Shown piece by piece: positions 9,082-18,361 of a DNA stretch of 43,160 nucleotides (the stretch's first letter is position 1; each line of letters begins with the position of its first letter). A model generated the notes under the pieces. That model was not told the origin of the DNA and ran no database searches. It worked only from the letters and a program-made list of their open reading frames with translations. Both the position numbers and the translations under genes were made by a program. Source of the stretch: a bacterium (GTDB lineage Bacteria; Patescibacteriota; Minisyncoccia; Minisyncoccales; PEYH01); contig JAGGVA010000031.1 in NCBI GenBank assembly GCA_021158195.1, forward strand, positions 1 through 43,160. Direction: 5' to 3'.

Positions 9082-10268
9082 GAATTATAAATCCAGACAA
9101 TATCAATGAAGCGGAAATCGTGATAGGGATTCCTTCGTTAAATGAGGCAGACAGCATTGGGTTTGTAGTAAAACAAATAGATCAGGGATTGGGAAAGTAT
9201 TTTTCTGATAGAAAATCTGTAATAGTGAATGTTGACAACAATTCTCAAGACGGCACAAAAGAGGCCTTTTTAAATACCCAAACTCATACTCCAAAAATTT
9301 ATATTTCAACTCCGGAAAACGTAAAAGGCAAAGGTAATAATCTGCGAAATTTATTCACAATAATGAGAGAACTAGGAGCAAAAGCAGGGGCGACTGTTGA
9401 TGCAGATCTCAAAAGCATTACTCCTAAATGGATAAATTGTTTGATTTCTCCGATATTAAAAGAAAATTATCATTTTCTAACACCTCTATATTACCGACAT
9501 AAATATGATGCCACTATTACTAATCACATCTGCTACCCTTTAGTTTATGGGATTCTTGGTCATAATATACGCCAGCCGATTGGAGGTGATATGGCTTTTT
9601 CTCGAGAAATGACTGAATTCTGGTTGAATCAAGGTTGGCCACCAGAAGTATCTCAATACGGGATAGATATTTTTATGACTTTAAATGCTATTAAATCTCA
9701 GTTGAAGATTGGTCAAGTAAATTTAGTAGCAAAGATTCACAAACCAAGCGCTCCAAAACTGGGACCAATGTTTTTAGCCGTAGCCAAGACACTTTTTGAT
9801 TTTTTATCAGCCAATAAGGAAATTTGGAATGATAAAGAAGTGATAGATGTGCCTGTAGTTTGTAGTGTTGATTATCAAATTCACAAAGAAGATCTTTTTG
9901 TAGATAAAAATAAGATAAAAGAAACCGCTGTTGCAGAGTTTCGAGAAACTTACAAGATGTTAGAACCAGAACTCGATAATGAAATCAAAGAGGTTTTAGA
10001 AAATATATTTATTAAAAAAGAATTTGAACTTTTGAGAGCATCTAACTGGGCAAAAGTGGTGTATCATCTTTTAAACATCTATTGTTCAGCCCAAGCGCCA
10101 AAAAGGGGAGAGATAATAAATTTTTTGAGGGCTCTTTATTTCGGAAGAATTGCAGCATTTATTTCAGAAGTCGAAGATTTAGATGATGAGAAAGCAGAAG
10201 AAAGTATTTTAAACCAAGCAAAGATTTTTCGAAAAGAATTTCTTTCTCAGAAAAATTCCTTCACATAA
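9078..10268 (+). CDS. GT-A fold glycosyltransferase (GT2/GT81-like, glucosyl-3-phosphoglycerate-synthase-like N-terminus)
   Basis: 'VIGIPSLNEADSIGFVV...VNVDNNSQDGT' plus DxD-like 'VDADL'. Start overlaps the upstream GT stop by 4 nt. Confidence 0.5.
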   Translation: MRIINPDNINEAEIVIGIPSLNEADSIGFVVKQIDQGLGKYFSDRKSVIVNVDNNSQDGTKEAFLNTQTHTPKIYISTPENVKGKGNNLRNLFTIMRELGAKAGATVDADLKSITPKWINCLISPILKENYHFLTPLYYRHKYDATITNHICYPLVYGILGHNIRQPIGGDMAFSREMTEFWLNQGWPPEVSQYGIDIFMTLNAIKSQLKIGQVNLVAKIHKPSAPKLGPMFLAVAKTLFDFLSANKEIWNDKEVIDVPVVCSVDYQIHKEDLFVDKNKIKETAVAEFRETYKMLEPELDNEIKEVLENIFIKKEFELLRASNWAKVVYHLLNIYCSAQAPKRGEIINFLRALYFGRIAAFISEVEDLDDEKAEESILNQAKIFRKEFLSQKNSFT

Positions 10269-10288
10269 CTTAAAATTAATTTATTTTT

Positions 10289-10825
10289 ATGAAAATTCCT
10301 CAAAAATTTTCTTCACTTCAAAAAGAAAATGCTTTTATAATTGTGGCTGGAAAAGAGGGGGCAATTTTCTATGAGATATCCAATGAAGAGATATCTAAAA
10401 AATTAGAAATTAGATTGCCTAAAGAAAGAGAAGAACGAAAAGGGTTTTTCGCAAGAGAAGGAAGGGGAAGAATTTTTGAGATGGGAGGCGTTTTTGAACC
10501 TAAAAAAAGAAAAAAGATAAGAAAACTGATTGAGGAGATAGAAAAAAACCTCAAAGACATTTTGGAAAAAGATGCTAAAGAAAAAATTTATCTTTTTGCA
10601 CCGGCTTATCTTTCTAAAAAGTTGACTTCAGCAATTGAGAAGAGAGTAAATAAAAAAGTACAATTGATAGAAAAGGGTAATTTTTTATCAAGCCATCCGT
10701 TAGAACTCTTAGAGTTGATTGCCAAACAACGCGAAGCAAAGAAGGTTGTTCCTATTTCTGAAGAAGCAAAAAAGTTATTAGATAAATTTAAGGCAGCAAG
10801 ACACTTTTTCAAAAAACGCAAATAA
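10289..10825 (+). CDS. Host_attach / bacterial eRF1-like (baeRF) family-like protein
   Basis: 178 aa. The layout 'FIIVAGKEGAIFYE...GFFAREGRG...FEP...RKLIEEIEKNLKDIL...IYLFAPAYLSKKLTSAIEKRV...' resembles the Host_attach/baeRF pattern as I recall it. Confidence 0.4.
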   Translation: MKIPQKFSSLQKENAFIIVAGKEGAIFYEISNEEISKKLEIRLPKEREERKGFFAREGRGRIFEMGGVFEPKKRKKIRKLIEEIEKNLKDILEKDAKEKIYLFAPAYLSKKLTSAIEKRVNKKVQLIEKGNFLSSHPLELLELIAKQREAKKVVPISEEAKKLLDKFKAARHFFKKRK

Positions 10826-10869
10826 AAATTGCAAGGTTGGATCTGCAATAACTTCGCAAAAGTTTCTAC

Positions 10870-10898
10870 TTGACATTTTTAAGATATTATTTTAAAGT
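10870..10898 (+). promoter_or_regulatory. Candidate sigma70-type promoter for the 169-aa membrane protein gene
   Basis: TTGACA (10870-10875), 17 nt spacer, TAAAGT (10893-10898). Confidence 0.35.
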
Positions 10899-10937
10899 TT
10901 TTAAAGCACTTAAAAAAAACTTCATAAGGAGGGATAG

Positions 10938-11447
10938 ATGGTAAAAACGCTTGAAGAGTTTGCAGAAGAAGAAAAAACATTGGGAGCGGGATTGGTAATT
11001 GTTGCCTTGATGTCTATCTTCATAAAAATTGGGTTTAAATTCGCGCTTACTCAGGAATTAACAGATATTGTTGTTTATCATAGAACAGTTTATCCTCTTG
11101 CTGGAGGATTGGGGATGGTAGTATTTGGATATTTTATGAGCCGAAGGTATCCAAAAACAGCAAATATCATATTAGGTATTGGCTCAGTAATAGCAATTTT
11201 GATGTTTTTTATTTTGGCTTCATTGGGAGGATGGCTTCTTTTTGTTATTTTTTGTTCTCTAATACCGAAATTACCATCTTTTGTTCTTACGCTGATGGTT
11301 TTTTCTGGATTGGGATTTTTGCTTGCAAAAAGTGTAGAGAAGATCGTCCCGGAATTCCTGAAATATGATTTTGCTACAAGAAGGCAACTCGTCTTGTCTT
11401 GGACAGTTGTTTTTATACTACCTCTTGTTTTGGTAAGTGCAAATTGA
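10938..11447 (+). CDS. Hypothetical polytopic membrane protein
   Basis: 169 aa with 4-5 hydrophobic helices. SD GGAGG at 10928-10932, 5 nt before the ATG. Followed by a terminator. Confidence 0.5.
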   Translation: MVKTLEEFAEEEKTLGAGLVIVALMSIFIKIGFKFALTQELTDIVVYHRTVYPLAGGLGMVVFGYFMSRRYPKTANIILGIGSVIAILMFFILASLGGWLLFVIFCSLIPKLPSFVLTLMVFSGLGFLLAKSVEKIVPEFLKYDFATRRQLVLSWTVVFILPLVLVSAN

Positions 11448-11453
11448 ACAATC

Positions 11454-11487
11454 AAAAGATGCACGAAAATTTTCGTGCATCTTTTTT
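11454..11487. terminator. Bidirectional rho-independent terminator between convergent genes
   Basis: GATGCACGAAA (11458-11468) pairs with TTTCGTGCATC (11471-11481). Flanked by AAAA on the left and TTTTTT on the right. Confidence 0.75.
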
Positions 11488-11520
11488 ATTTAAAAGCCCG
11501 AAAAAAGTAGGGGAGGGGGA

Positions 11521-12471
11521 TTATTCTTTTAGGGGGTGATATTTTCGGTGAACCTTTTCAGCATATCTATCAGAGGCATGGACATATCTTGTAGTTGTGT
11601 CTAGTGATTCATGTCCAAGTAATATTTGGATAGCCGCCGGATTGGCACCGCTTTCAGCAAGATAGGTAGCAAAAGCATGTCTTAGGGTATGACAGGATAT
11701 TGGAACATTGATACCTAAAAGTTCCCGATATCTTTTAACACGCTCTTGAAGGTAATTAGGAGCAATTTTTTTGTCTTTTTTATGTACATTTCTGCCTCTT
11801 TTTGGGATAAATAAATAGGGGAAATTATCTTTTCCGCGATAATCTAAATATTTTTTAATATGTTTTATGGCTCTGGGTGTTAGATAGACAAATCTTTCTT
11901 TTTTGCCTTTACCTTTTATGAAAATTCTACCGCTTTTATCTAAATCAACTTTCTTTAAATTCAAAAGTTCAGAAATTCTCATACCTGTTGCAAACAATGT
12001 TTCGAGCATTGCTCGGTTTCTTAAAGCCACAAACTTATCTTTTTCTATGTTTGTAGGCGACTCAATAATCTTAATGATGTCGTCAAATTCTGGTACTCGG
12101 GGATGTTTACGATCTGTTTTTATCAATTTAACTGTTTCTGGAGCAACAGGTACAGGATAATCCATATCTATAAGGAATTTTAGATACGAGCGTAACGAAG
12201 AAAGCATTCTATTGATAGAAAAACTGCTAAGCCGCTTTTGGGCTTTGGAATTTTTGGGCGTTTTTCTATCAATAGAGGTTAGATATGCCTTATAATTTAG
12301 AATAGTTTTTTTATTTATTTTATCAAAAGGAATTCCTATCTCAGTTAAAAAAGTTTGAAAAGTTTCTAGATCTCTTTGATAATTATAAATGGTCTCTTCT
12401 GAATAATTGTTAGTTTGAAGAGAAAGTAAAAATTCGTCCAGTAAGGGTAAAAATTCTTGTTTTTTTGGCAT
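11521..12471 (-). CDS. Tyrosine site-specific recombinase, XerC/XerD family
   Basis: N-terminal SAM-like domain. C-terminal 'HTLRHAFATYLAESGANPAAIQILLGHESLDTTTRYVH' carries the R-H-R-Y catalytic pattern. Confidence 0.9.
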   Translation of the reverse strand: MPKKQEFLPLLDEFLLSLQTNNYSEETIYNYQRDLETFQTFLTEIGIPFDKINKKTILNYKAYLTSIDRKTPKNSKAQKRLSSFSINRMLSSLRSYLKFLIDMDYPVPVAPETVKLIKTDRKHPRVPEFDDIIKIIESPTNIEKDKFVALRNRAMLETLFATGMRISELLNLKKVDLDKSGRIFIKGKGKKERFVYLTPRAIKHIKKYLDYRGKDNFPYLFIPKRGRNVHKKDKKIAPNYLQERVKRYRELLGINVPISCHTLRHAFATYLAESGANPAAIQILLGHESLDTTTRYVHASDRYAEKVHRKYHPLKE

Positions 12472-12555
12472 AAAATCTTTAGGGGAGTATTAATTCTCTA
12501 TTTTCGCGGAAAACAAGATATTTAATTGAGTGTAAGGGATATTATACTCAATTTC

Positions 12556-12583
12556 ATTATAGCGTATCAAAAAGGGAAGTCAA
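12556..12583 (-). promoter_or_regulatory. Candidate promoter for the Xer-type recombinase gene
   Basis: Minus strand reads TTGACT (12583-12578), 16 nt spacer, TATAAT (12561-12556). Confidence 0.5.
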
Positions 12584-12616
12584 GATCCCTAGTACCAACT
12601 TTTAATTTCTAACTGC

Positions 12617-12651
12617 AATTTTTAATTTTTAATTTTGAATTTTTAATTTTT
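12617..12651. repeat. Five tandem heptamers AATTTTT (one AATTTTG)
   Basis: Read directly at 12617-23, 24-30, 31-37, 38-44 and 45-51. The array abuts the stop codon of the 112-aa ORF. 12621-12642 is identical to 42850-42871. Confidence 0.8.
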
Positions 12652-12988
12652 ATAAATATATCTCTTTATTCATCAGTTCGAGTAGTTGATTCCATAGCGA
12701 GAGTAAATATGGTTTAGCCCGGAGATCCCACCATTCTACAAGTTTTTGAGTAAGATTATTTCTTATCCAAGATCCTGTTTTTCTGAGAGTATCAAGAAAG
12801 CCGCTCTTGATTGTTTCTTTTGTGGAACTTACTTGATCTTTAATGTTACTCTCTATTCGTTTTTCTATTCGTTCTTCAATTTGTTTTTCGATTTTTTCGA
12901 TAGGCTGGTCTTGGGCAAATATAAAAAGCGGGTGAAAATAAACTGTTAGTAGGCCTAAAATAATTAATGTAGCCACTCCCCTTTTCAT
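12650..12988 (-). CDS. Small secreted/membrane-anchored hypothetical protein
   Basis: 112 aa. Signal-like N-terminus 'MKRGVATLIILGLLTVYFHPLFIFAQ', then 'IEKIEKQIEERIEKRIE' repeats. Start overlaps the gltX stop by 4 nt. Confidence 0.45.
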   Translation of the reverse strand: MKRGVATLIILGLLTVYFHPLFIFAQDQPIEKIEKQIEERIEKRIESNIKDQVSSTKETIKSGFLDTLRKTGSWIRNNLTQKLVEWWDLRAKPYLLSLWNQLLELMNKEIYL

Positions 12989-14595
12989 TTTTCTTCTTTT
13001 TTAATTAAGATTTGGGCTGCTTCTATTCTTTTTAAGGTTTTTTCTTTACCCAAGATTTCGGCTATTTCAAAGGGACCGGCTGATGCTTTTTTACCTGAAA
13101 GAGAAACCCTTAAGGGCCATAAAAGATATCCCCTATTTTTTTCATTAAATCTTTCTGCAGCCGGCAAAATTATTTCGGCTAATTTTTCTTTGTGCCATTC
13201 TTCTTTTTTGATTTTGGAAAGCAATGTTTTAAGAGTTTTTAATGCTTTAAGTGTCTCTTTTTCTCGTGCTTCTTTCCAGAAAAGCAATTCTTTGGGATAT
13301 GAAAGTTCTTTTTTGAAAAAGAAATCTACCAGTTCTGGAATTTCAGCAAGATATTTTAATCTTTCCTGGTATATTTCAATTATTTTTTGAATATAAGAAA
13401 AACTGATTTTTTCCTGGGTTTCTACTACAATGTAAGTATCTTTAATTTCGTCAGAATGGTTATAATGATTATTATTGATAAGTTTCGCTGTGGCTTCATA
13501 AAGCGGCTTTATAAGGCCGGCCTCTACCAAATAAGGAATACATAACCTTGTGAGAGATTTAATTGGTTTTTTGCGAATGTAATGACCATTGAGCCATATG
13601 AGTTTTTGGATATTAAATATTGCCGGCGATTTTTGACATCTTTCAAGCGAGAATTCCTCTATAAGTTGATAGAGATTGAAAAATTCTCTTTCGTCTCCGG
13701 GATTCCAACCCAAAAAAGCCATAAAATTAAGCATTGCTTCGGGTAAAAACCCTTTTTTGATATATTGAGAAAAAGCCACATCGCCGTGTCTTTTACTCAA
13801 TTTAGATTTGTCAGGGCCTAAAATTAAAGGAAGATGAGCGTATTGAGGTCTGGGCAGGTTAAGGGCTTCTTGAATTAATATTTGTTTTGGCGTGTTTGGA
13901 ATATGATCTTCGCCCCGAATGACATGAGTAATTTTCATTTCATAATCGTCTATTACACAAGCAAAATTATATAATGGTTCCTCAAAACCCTTGGCAAGCA
14001 CAAAATCTCCTAAAAGAGATGTGTCTATTTCAATTTTTCCATGGATAAGATCAACAAAAGAAAGTTTCTTTTCAGGGGTTTTTATTCTTATTACAAACGG
14101 TTTTCCTTCTTGAAATTTCTTTTCTACCTCTTGTTTAGTTAGATTTCGACAGGTTCCGTCATAGCGTGGAGGTTGTCCAATACTCATAAAGTATTGGCGT
14201 TTCGCTTCTAATTCTTCAGGCGAACAGAAACAATAATAAGCTTTCCCTTCTTCTATCAGTTTTTTAAGATATTTCTTATATATCTCCTTTCTTTTGCTTT
14301 GATGATAAGGCCCAAAGGAACCTATTTCTTGGTTAGTATCTTTAGGGTTTGGTCCCTCGTCCCAAGTTAGACCCAGCCAAAGAAGAGATTTTATAATATC
14401 ATCTTCCCATTCTTTTTTTGATCTTTCTTTGTCGGTATCTTCTATGCGTAAAATAAACGAACCTTTGTTTTTCTTGGCAAAGAGATAGTTAAACAAAGCA
14501 GTTCTTGCGGTTCCAATGTGAAACGGACCCGTCGGAGACGGTGCTATTCTTACTCTTGGTTTTTCTTTTATTTCTTTCATATTCTCAACAATCAC
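12985..14595 (-). CDS. gltX: Glutamate--tRNA ligase
   Basis: 'RIAPSPTGPFHIGTARTALFNYLFA' (HIGH) and 'KLSKRHG' (KMSKS). Confidence 0.93.
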   Translation of the reverse strand: MIVENMKEIKEKPRVRIAPSPTGPFHIGTARTALFNYLFAKKNKGSFILRIEDTDKERSKKEWEDDIIKSLLWLGLTWDEGPNPKDTNQEIGSFGPYHQSKRKEIYKKYLKKLIEEGKAYYCFCSPEELEAKRQYFMSIGQPPRYDGTCRNLTKQEVEKKFQEGKPFVIRIKTPEKKLSFVDLIHGKIEIDTSLLGDFVLAKGFEEPLYNFACVIDDYEMKITHVIRGEDHIPNTPKQILIQEALNLPRPQYAHLPLILGPDKSKLSKRHGDVAFSQYIKKGFLPEAMLNFMAFLGWNPGDEREFFNLYQLIEEFSLERCQKSPAIFNIQKLIWLNGHYIRKKPIKSLTRLCIPYLVEAGLIKPLYEATAKLINNNHYNHSDEIKDTYIVVETQEKISFSYIQKIIEIYQERLKYLAEIPELVDFFFKKELSYPKELLFWKEAREKETLKALKTLKTLLSKIKKEEWHKEKLAEIILPAAERFNEKNRGYLLWPLRVSLSGKKASAGPFEIAEILGKEKTLKRIEAAQILIKKEEK

Positions 14596-14632
14596 TATTG
14601 ACAGATAATGTAATTTATTTTCTGATATATTA

Positions 14633-14660
14633 AAATTTCAAAATATCGAAATTTCAAAAT
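14633..14660. repeat. 12-nt direct repeat AAATTTCAAAAT separated by ATCG
   Basis: Copies at 14633-14644 and 14649-14660, in the murG-gltX intergenic spacer. Confidence 0.7.
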
Positions 14661-15806
14661 TTAAATTTTATTAGATCCTGAAAGATATTCTAATAAATAC
14701 TTAGCAATTATTAAAGAGGCATCTTTTCTTATAAAACTTTTAGCCGCTTTTCCCATTTCCATAAGTTTTTTTGGTTTTGAGAACATTTCTCTTAAAACTT
14801 GTACAAGAAAATTTGGTTTAAAACTTTCCTCTTCTATTACTTTGGCTCCTCCAAATTTAGCATAATAATAAGCGTTGGCTCTTTGGTGATTTTGAGCAGA
14901 TTCTGGAAGAGGTATCAATATACTTGGTTTGCCATTACTGGCAATCTCAAAAATAGCTCCTGCTCCTGCCCTACTTATTATTAAATCTGCTACCTTGTAT
15001 GCATTCTTCATTTGTTTTTCATCTAAAAACCCAAAAAGATGATAATATTTTCTTTGGTCGGGAGTAATTAAAAGTGGAATACTTTCTTTTATCAGTTTTT
15101 CATTTTTTTTGCCACATTGGTGGATAATTTCAAACATCTCTAAAAGTTTGGGCAAGGCATTAATAATAACCTCATTAATTCTCTGCGCTCCTTGAGATCC
15201 GCCTATTATTAAAATGATGGGGCGTTTCCCAACAATTTTAAACATCTTATAACCTTCTTCCTTGTTACCTTCTATTACTATTTCTTTGCGGATAGGATTA
15301 CCAGAAATAATGACTTTTTCTTTAGGGACACCTTTAGTATAAGGAAAGGCAGTAAATATTTTATTTGCATATTTTGAGGCAATTCTGGTAGAAAGTGAGG
15401 CAATTTTATCAGATTCATGCACAAAAAGAGGTATTTTTAAGAATTTGGCAGCAAAAATTACTGGAATTGAACCATATCCTCCTTTGCTAAATATTAAAGA
15501 AGGATTGATTTTTTTTAAAATTTTATAACTTTGAAAAATACCTAAAGGAAGATTCCAACAAATATCTTTAATATTTTGAATTATAGAAGAAAAAGTAAAA
15601 TATCTTCTTAATTTGCCCGATTTTATTGGAATTATTAAGACATTTTGTTCTTCTAATTTCTTGAGTTCGGGATGAGGTGGGCCCAAGAAATAAAACTCTA
15701 AATCTAAAGAGGGATCAGAGAGTTTTTTCATCTCTTTTACCACTGCAATGAGCGGATAAATATGACCGCCGGTTCCTCCTCCTGTCAAAACAATTTTGTG
15801 TTTCAT
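14661..15806 (-). CDS. murG: UDP-GlcNAc:lipid I N-acetylglucosaminyltransferase
   Basis: 'LTGGGTGGHIYPLIAV' and 'IGGSQGAQRIN'. Confidence 0.93.
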   Translation of the reverse strand: MKHKIVLTGGGTGGHIYPLIAVVKEMKKLSDPSLDLEFYFLGPPHPELKKLEEQNVLIIPIKSGKLRRYFTFSSIIQNIKDICWNLPLGIFQSYKILKKINPSLIFSKGGYGSIPVIFAAKFLKIPLFVHESDKIASLSTRIASKYANKIFTAFPYTKGVPKEKVIISGNPIRKEIVIEGNKEEGYKMFKIVGKRPIILIIGGSQGAQRINEVIINALPKLLEMFEIIHQCGKKNEKLIKESIPLLITPDQRKYYHLFGFLDEKQMKNAYKVADLIISRAGAGAIFEIASNGKPSILIPLPESAQNHQRANAYYYAKFGGAKVIEEESFKPNFLVQVLREMFSKPKKLMEMGKAAKSFIRKDASLIIAKYLLEYLSGSNKI

Positions 15807-15813
15807 ATTTATT

Positions 15814-16923
15814 TTATGACTTATGTTTGGAAATATTTAACAGAATAGATAAGGCGATAAATTCTGCTATTAGAGCGGAGTTTCCATAACTTATAAATGG
15901 TAAAGGAATACCTGTTAGAGGAAGAATACCGATATTGGCACCTATATGTACAATTGCTTGAAATGTTATCCATGTTACAATTCCGATCGCCAAGAGAGAT
16001 TTAAACTTATCATCAACATTTTTTGTATTATATCTTTGAGAGATCATTAAACCCCGGACGGCAAAGATAAAGAATAAAGCAATAACGCACAGAGATCCTA
16101 AAAAACCCGTTTCTTCTGCTATTACCGCAAAGATTGAATCACTAAAAGGATGAGGTAAATATCCGTACTTTTGATCACTTAAACCCAACCCTTTTCCTAC
16201 AATACCACCAGAGCCCACAGCAATCAAGGATTGTTTAATTTGATATCCCCTACCTAATGGATCGGCTTCGGGATTTAAAAATATCAGCCACCTATTTAAG
16301 CGGTAAGGTGCAATTTTTATTAAGATAGCCAGCGCTACTATGACGATCAGAGCCAAAATAATTAGATTTTTTGGGGGAGCGCCGGAATATAGATATATAA
16401 CAGCAGCCATTACTATAATCACGCCTAAGGTGCTAATATCTGGCTGTAAAATTAATAATATTGAGGGAGCGCTGATAATAGCCAAAAAAGGAAAAAAACT
16501 CTTTTTGATTGAAATTTTTTGGGGAAGAGTTGCAAGCCAGGCCGAAAGATAAACCAAAAACCCCAGTTTTAGAATTTCTGATGGCTGAAAACTAAAAAAT
16601 ACAAAATTTATCCAGCGTCGCGCTCCACCAATTGTAATTCCTATATGAGGGATAAGCGTTGCTGCAGTTAGAATAAGGGTAAAAATGAAAAACCAAAGAG
16701 ATTTCTTTCTTAAAGATTTAAGCGAAATTTTATAAAAGATAATTCCCAGAAGAATTCCAGGAATAATTCCCAAGAAAAAATGTTTTTTAATGTAAAACAG
16801 AGGGTCAGATATTTTTTTAGTCGCCACTGGGATAGAAGCACTGGCAATAGCAATAATTCCCAAAAGAATCATTAAGAGAGCCGATATGGAAAGAATAAAA
16901 TCAGGTTTTGTTTTCTTTTTCAT
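15814..16923 (-). CDS. ftsW: SEDS family peptidoglycan polymerase (FtsW/RodA)
   Basis: 10-TM protein with 'FQPSEILKLGFLVYLSAWL' and 'GIPLPFISYGNSAL'. Sits between murD and murG. Confidence 0.85.
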   Translation of the reverse strand: MKKKTKPDFILSISALLMILLGIIAIASASIPVATKKISDPLFYIKKHFFLGIIPGILLGIIFYKISLKSLRKKSLWFFIFTLILTAATLIPHIGITIGGARRWINFVFFSFQPSEILKLGFLVYLSAWLATLPQKISIKKSFFPFLAIISAPSILLILQPDISTLGVIIVMAAVIYLYSGAPPKNLIILALIVIVALAILIKIAPYRLNRWLIFLNPEADPLGRGYQIKQSLIAVGSGGIVGKGLGLSDQKYGYLPHPFSDSIFAVIAEETGFLGSLCVIALFFIFAVRGLMISQRYNTKNVDDKFKSLLAIGIVTWITFQAIVHIGANIGILPLTGIPLPFISYGNSALIAEFIALSILLNISKHKS

Positions 16924-18301
16924 AAGATATTTCTTTTATATATTTTTTAAAGAGATTACCCCGATGTTTGTAGTCTTTAAACAGGTTGAAACTTGCTGCC
17001 GCCGGTGAAAGAAGGCATATTTTTCCTTTCTTGGTGTTTTTAAACGCTTCCTCTACTGCTTTTTTCATATTTTGAACCAAGAAAACTTTAATTTTACGAA
17101 AGTTTTTATCCTCTAAAATTTTTAAAATTCTTTTATCAGTATCGGGAAAGAGAATCAAATTTTTTACTTTATATTTTGGAAGCAGATCTATAAGATTTTT
17201 GAAATTTTGCCCCCTATCATATCCGCCCAAAATGAGCGTGTTAACCTTTTTTAAGGTTTCTAAAGCCAAAATAGTTGCCTCTGGAATAGTTGCTAAAGAA
17301 TCATTATAAAATTTGATGTCTTTAAACTCCCCCACAAATTCTAAGCGATGTTTCAAGGGAACAAAAGTTTGCAATCCTTGTTTTATTTTGTCGTTGGTTA
17401 TTTTTAAAATTTTTGCCACTGCTATAGCAGCCATAATATTGTATAAGTAAGGTCGCAAACCTACAGGTATTTCTTTTAAAGGAATTACCTTTTGAGAGTT
17501 AAAGAAAAAGACCCCATTTTTAAAGCAAACACCTTTTCTTTGACTTTTAAGAGAAATAGGCACTATTTTTGATTTTACATTTGATGAGAAATCTTTCAGT
17601 AAAGGAATGTCTATATTTACTACAAAAAAATCTTCTGCTTTTTGCCATCGAGCGATATTCTTTTTAGCGCTGAAATATTCTTGAAAGTTTTTGTAATAAT
17701 CAAGATGCTCCCTAAAAATATTTAAAAATATTGCTATATGAGGGCTTGTTTTTAAGTCAGATAATTGATGAGAAGAAAGTTCATAAACAAAATAATCGCT
17801 TTTACTTTCAAAGAAATCAAGAGCAGGTTTGCCAATATTCCCTATCAACTTCACCTTTTTATTTGCCTTTTTTAAAATATGATAAATGAGTTTTGCCGTG
17901 GTGCTTTTTCCTTTACTTCCTGTTACGCCAATAGTTTTCTTTTTGTGCTTTTCTAAAAAAATATCTGTTTGCGAGGTAATAATTTGGTCTTTGGTTATAA
18001 AGGGAGCAATTTCTTTTTTGGGAATTCCCGGCGATTTTATGATAATTTCATAATTTCTTAAATATTGCAGATAGTTTTTTCCAAGATGTAGATTAATACT
18101 CTTATCTTTTTTAATGATTTTTTGAAAATTTTTTGAAAGTTGAGAAAAATCTTTCTGGTCTGCTAGGCCAATTTTCTTTTTTGGAAACCTTTTTCTCAAA
18201 AAGAAAAAAGTTGACTCCCCTTCTCTGGCAAGTCCTAAAATTATAGTTTTTTTCTTTTCTATTAAATCTAACCTCACTTTATTTAGAATATCATAAAACA
18301 A
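16901..18301 (-). CDS. murD: UDP-N-acetylmuramoylalanine--glutamate ligase (MurD family)
   Basis: 'IGVTGSKGKSTTAKLI' P-loop in Mur ligase architecture. The longest ORF starts at TTG (18301-18299), with no in-frame ATG nearby. Confidence 0.85.
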   Translation of the reverse strand: MFYDILNKVRLDLIEKKKTIILGLAREGESTFFFLRKRFPKKKIGLADQKDFSQLSKNFQKIIKKDKSINLHLGKNYLQYLRNYEIIIKSPGIPKKEIAPFITKDQIITSQTDIFLEKHKKKTIGVTGSKGKSTTAKLIYHILKKANKKVKLIGNIGKPALDFFESKSDYFVYELSSHQLSDLKTSPHIAIFLNIFREHLDYYKNFQEYFSAKKNIARWQKAEDFFVVNIDIPLLKDFSSNVKSKIVPISLKSQRKGVCFKNGVFFFNSQKVIPLKEIPVGLRPYLYNIMAAIAVAKILKITNDKIKQGLQTFVPLKHRLEFVGEFKDIKFYNDSLATIPEATILALETLKKVNTLILGGYDRGQNFKNLIDLLPKYKVKNLILFPDTDKRILKILEDKNFRKIKVFLVQNMKKAVEEAFKNTKKGKICLLSPAAASFNLFKDYKHRGNLFKKYIKEISYEKENKT

Positions 18302-18311
18302 TTTAGGTATA

Positions 18312-18351
18312 AAGAAAAAAGTAAAGAAAAGGGCGTCCTTAGCAGGACGCC
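18312..18351 (-). terminator. Rho-independent terminator ending the nuclease/129-aa module
   Basis: GGCGTCCT (18332-18339), TAGC loop, AGGACGCC (18344-18351). On the minus strand it is followed by CCTTTTCTTTACTTTTTTCTTT. Confidence 0.7.
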
Positions 18352-18361
18352 TTGGTTTTTA

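Noticed and set aside
13505-13525. GGCCGGCC-type palindromes inside coding regions (13511-13520 in gltX, about 32368-32378 in a membrane protein gene)
   Set aside because: These are short (8-10 nt) and embedded in well-supported ORFs, without flanking repeats or loops. They are likely chance restriction-site-like palindromes, unrelated to the junction hairpin elements.
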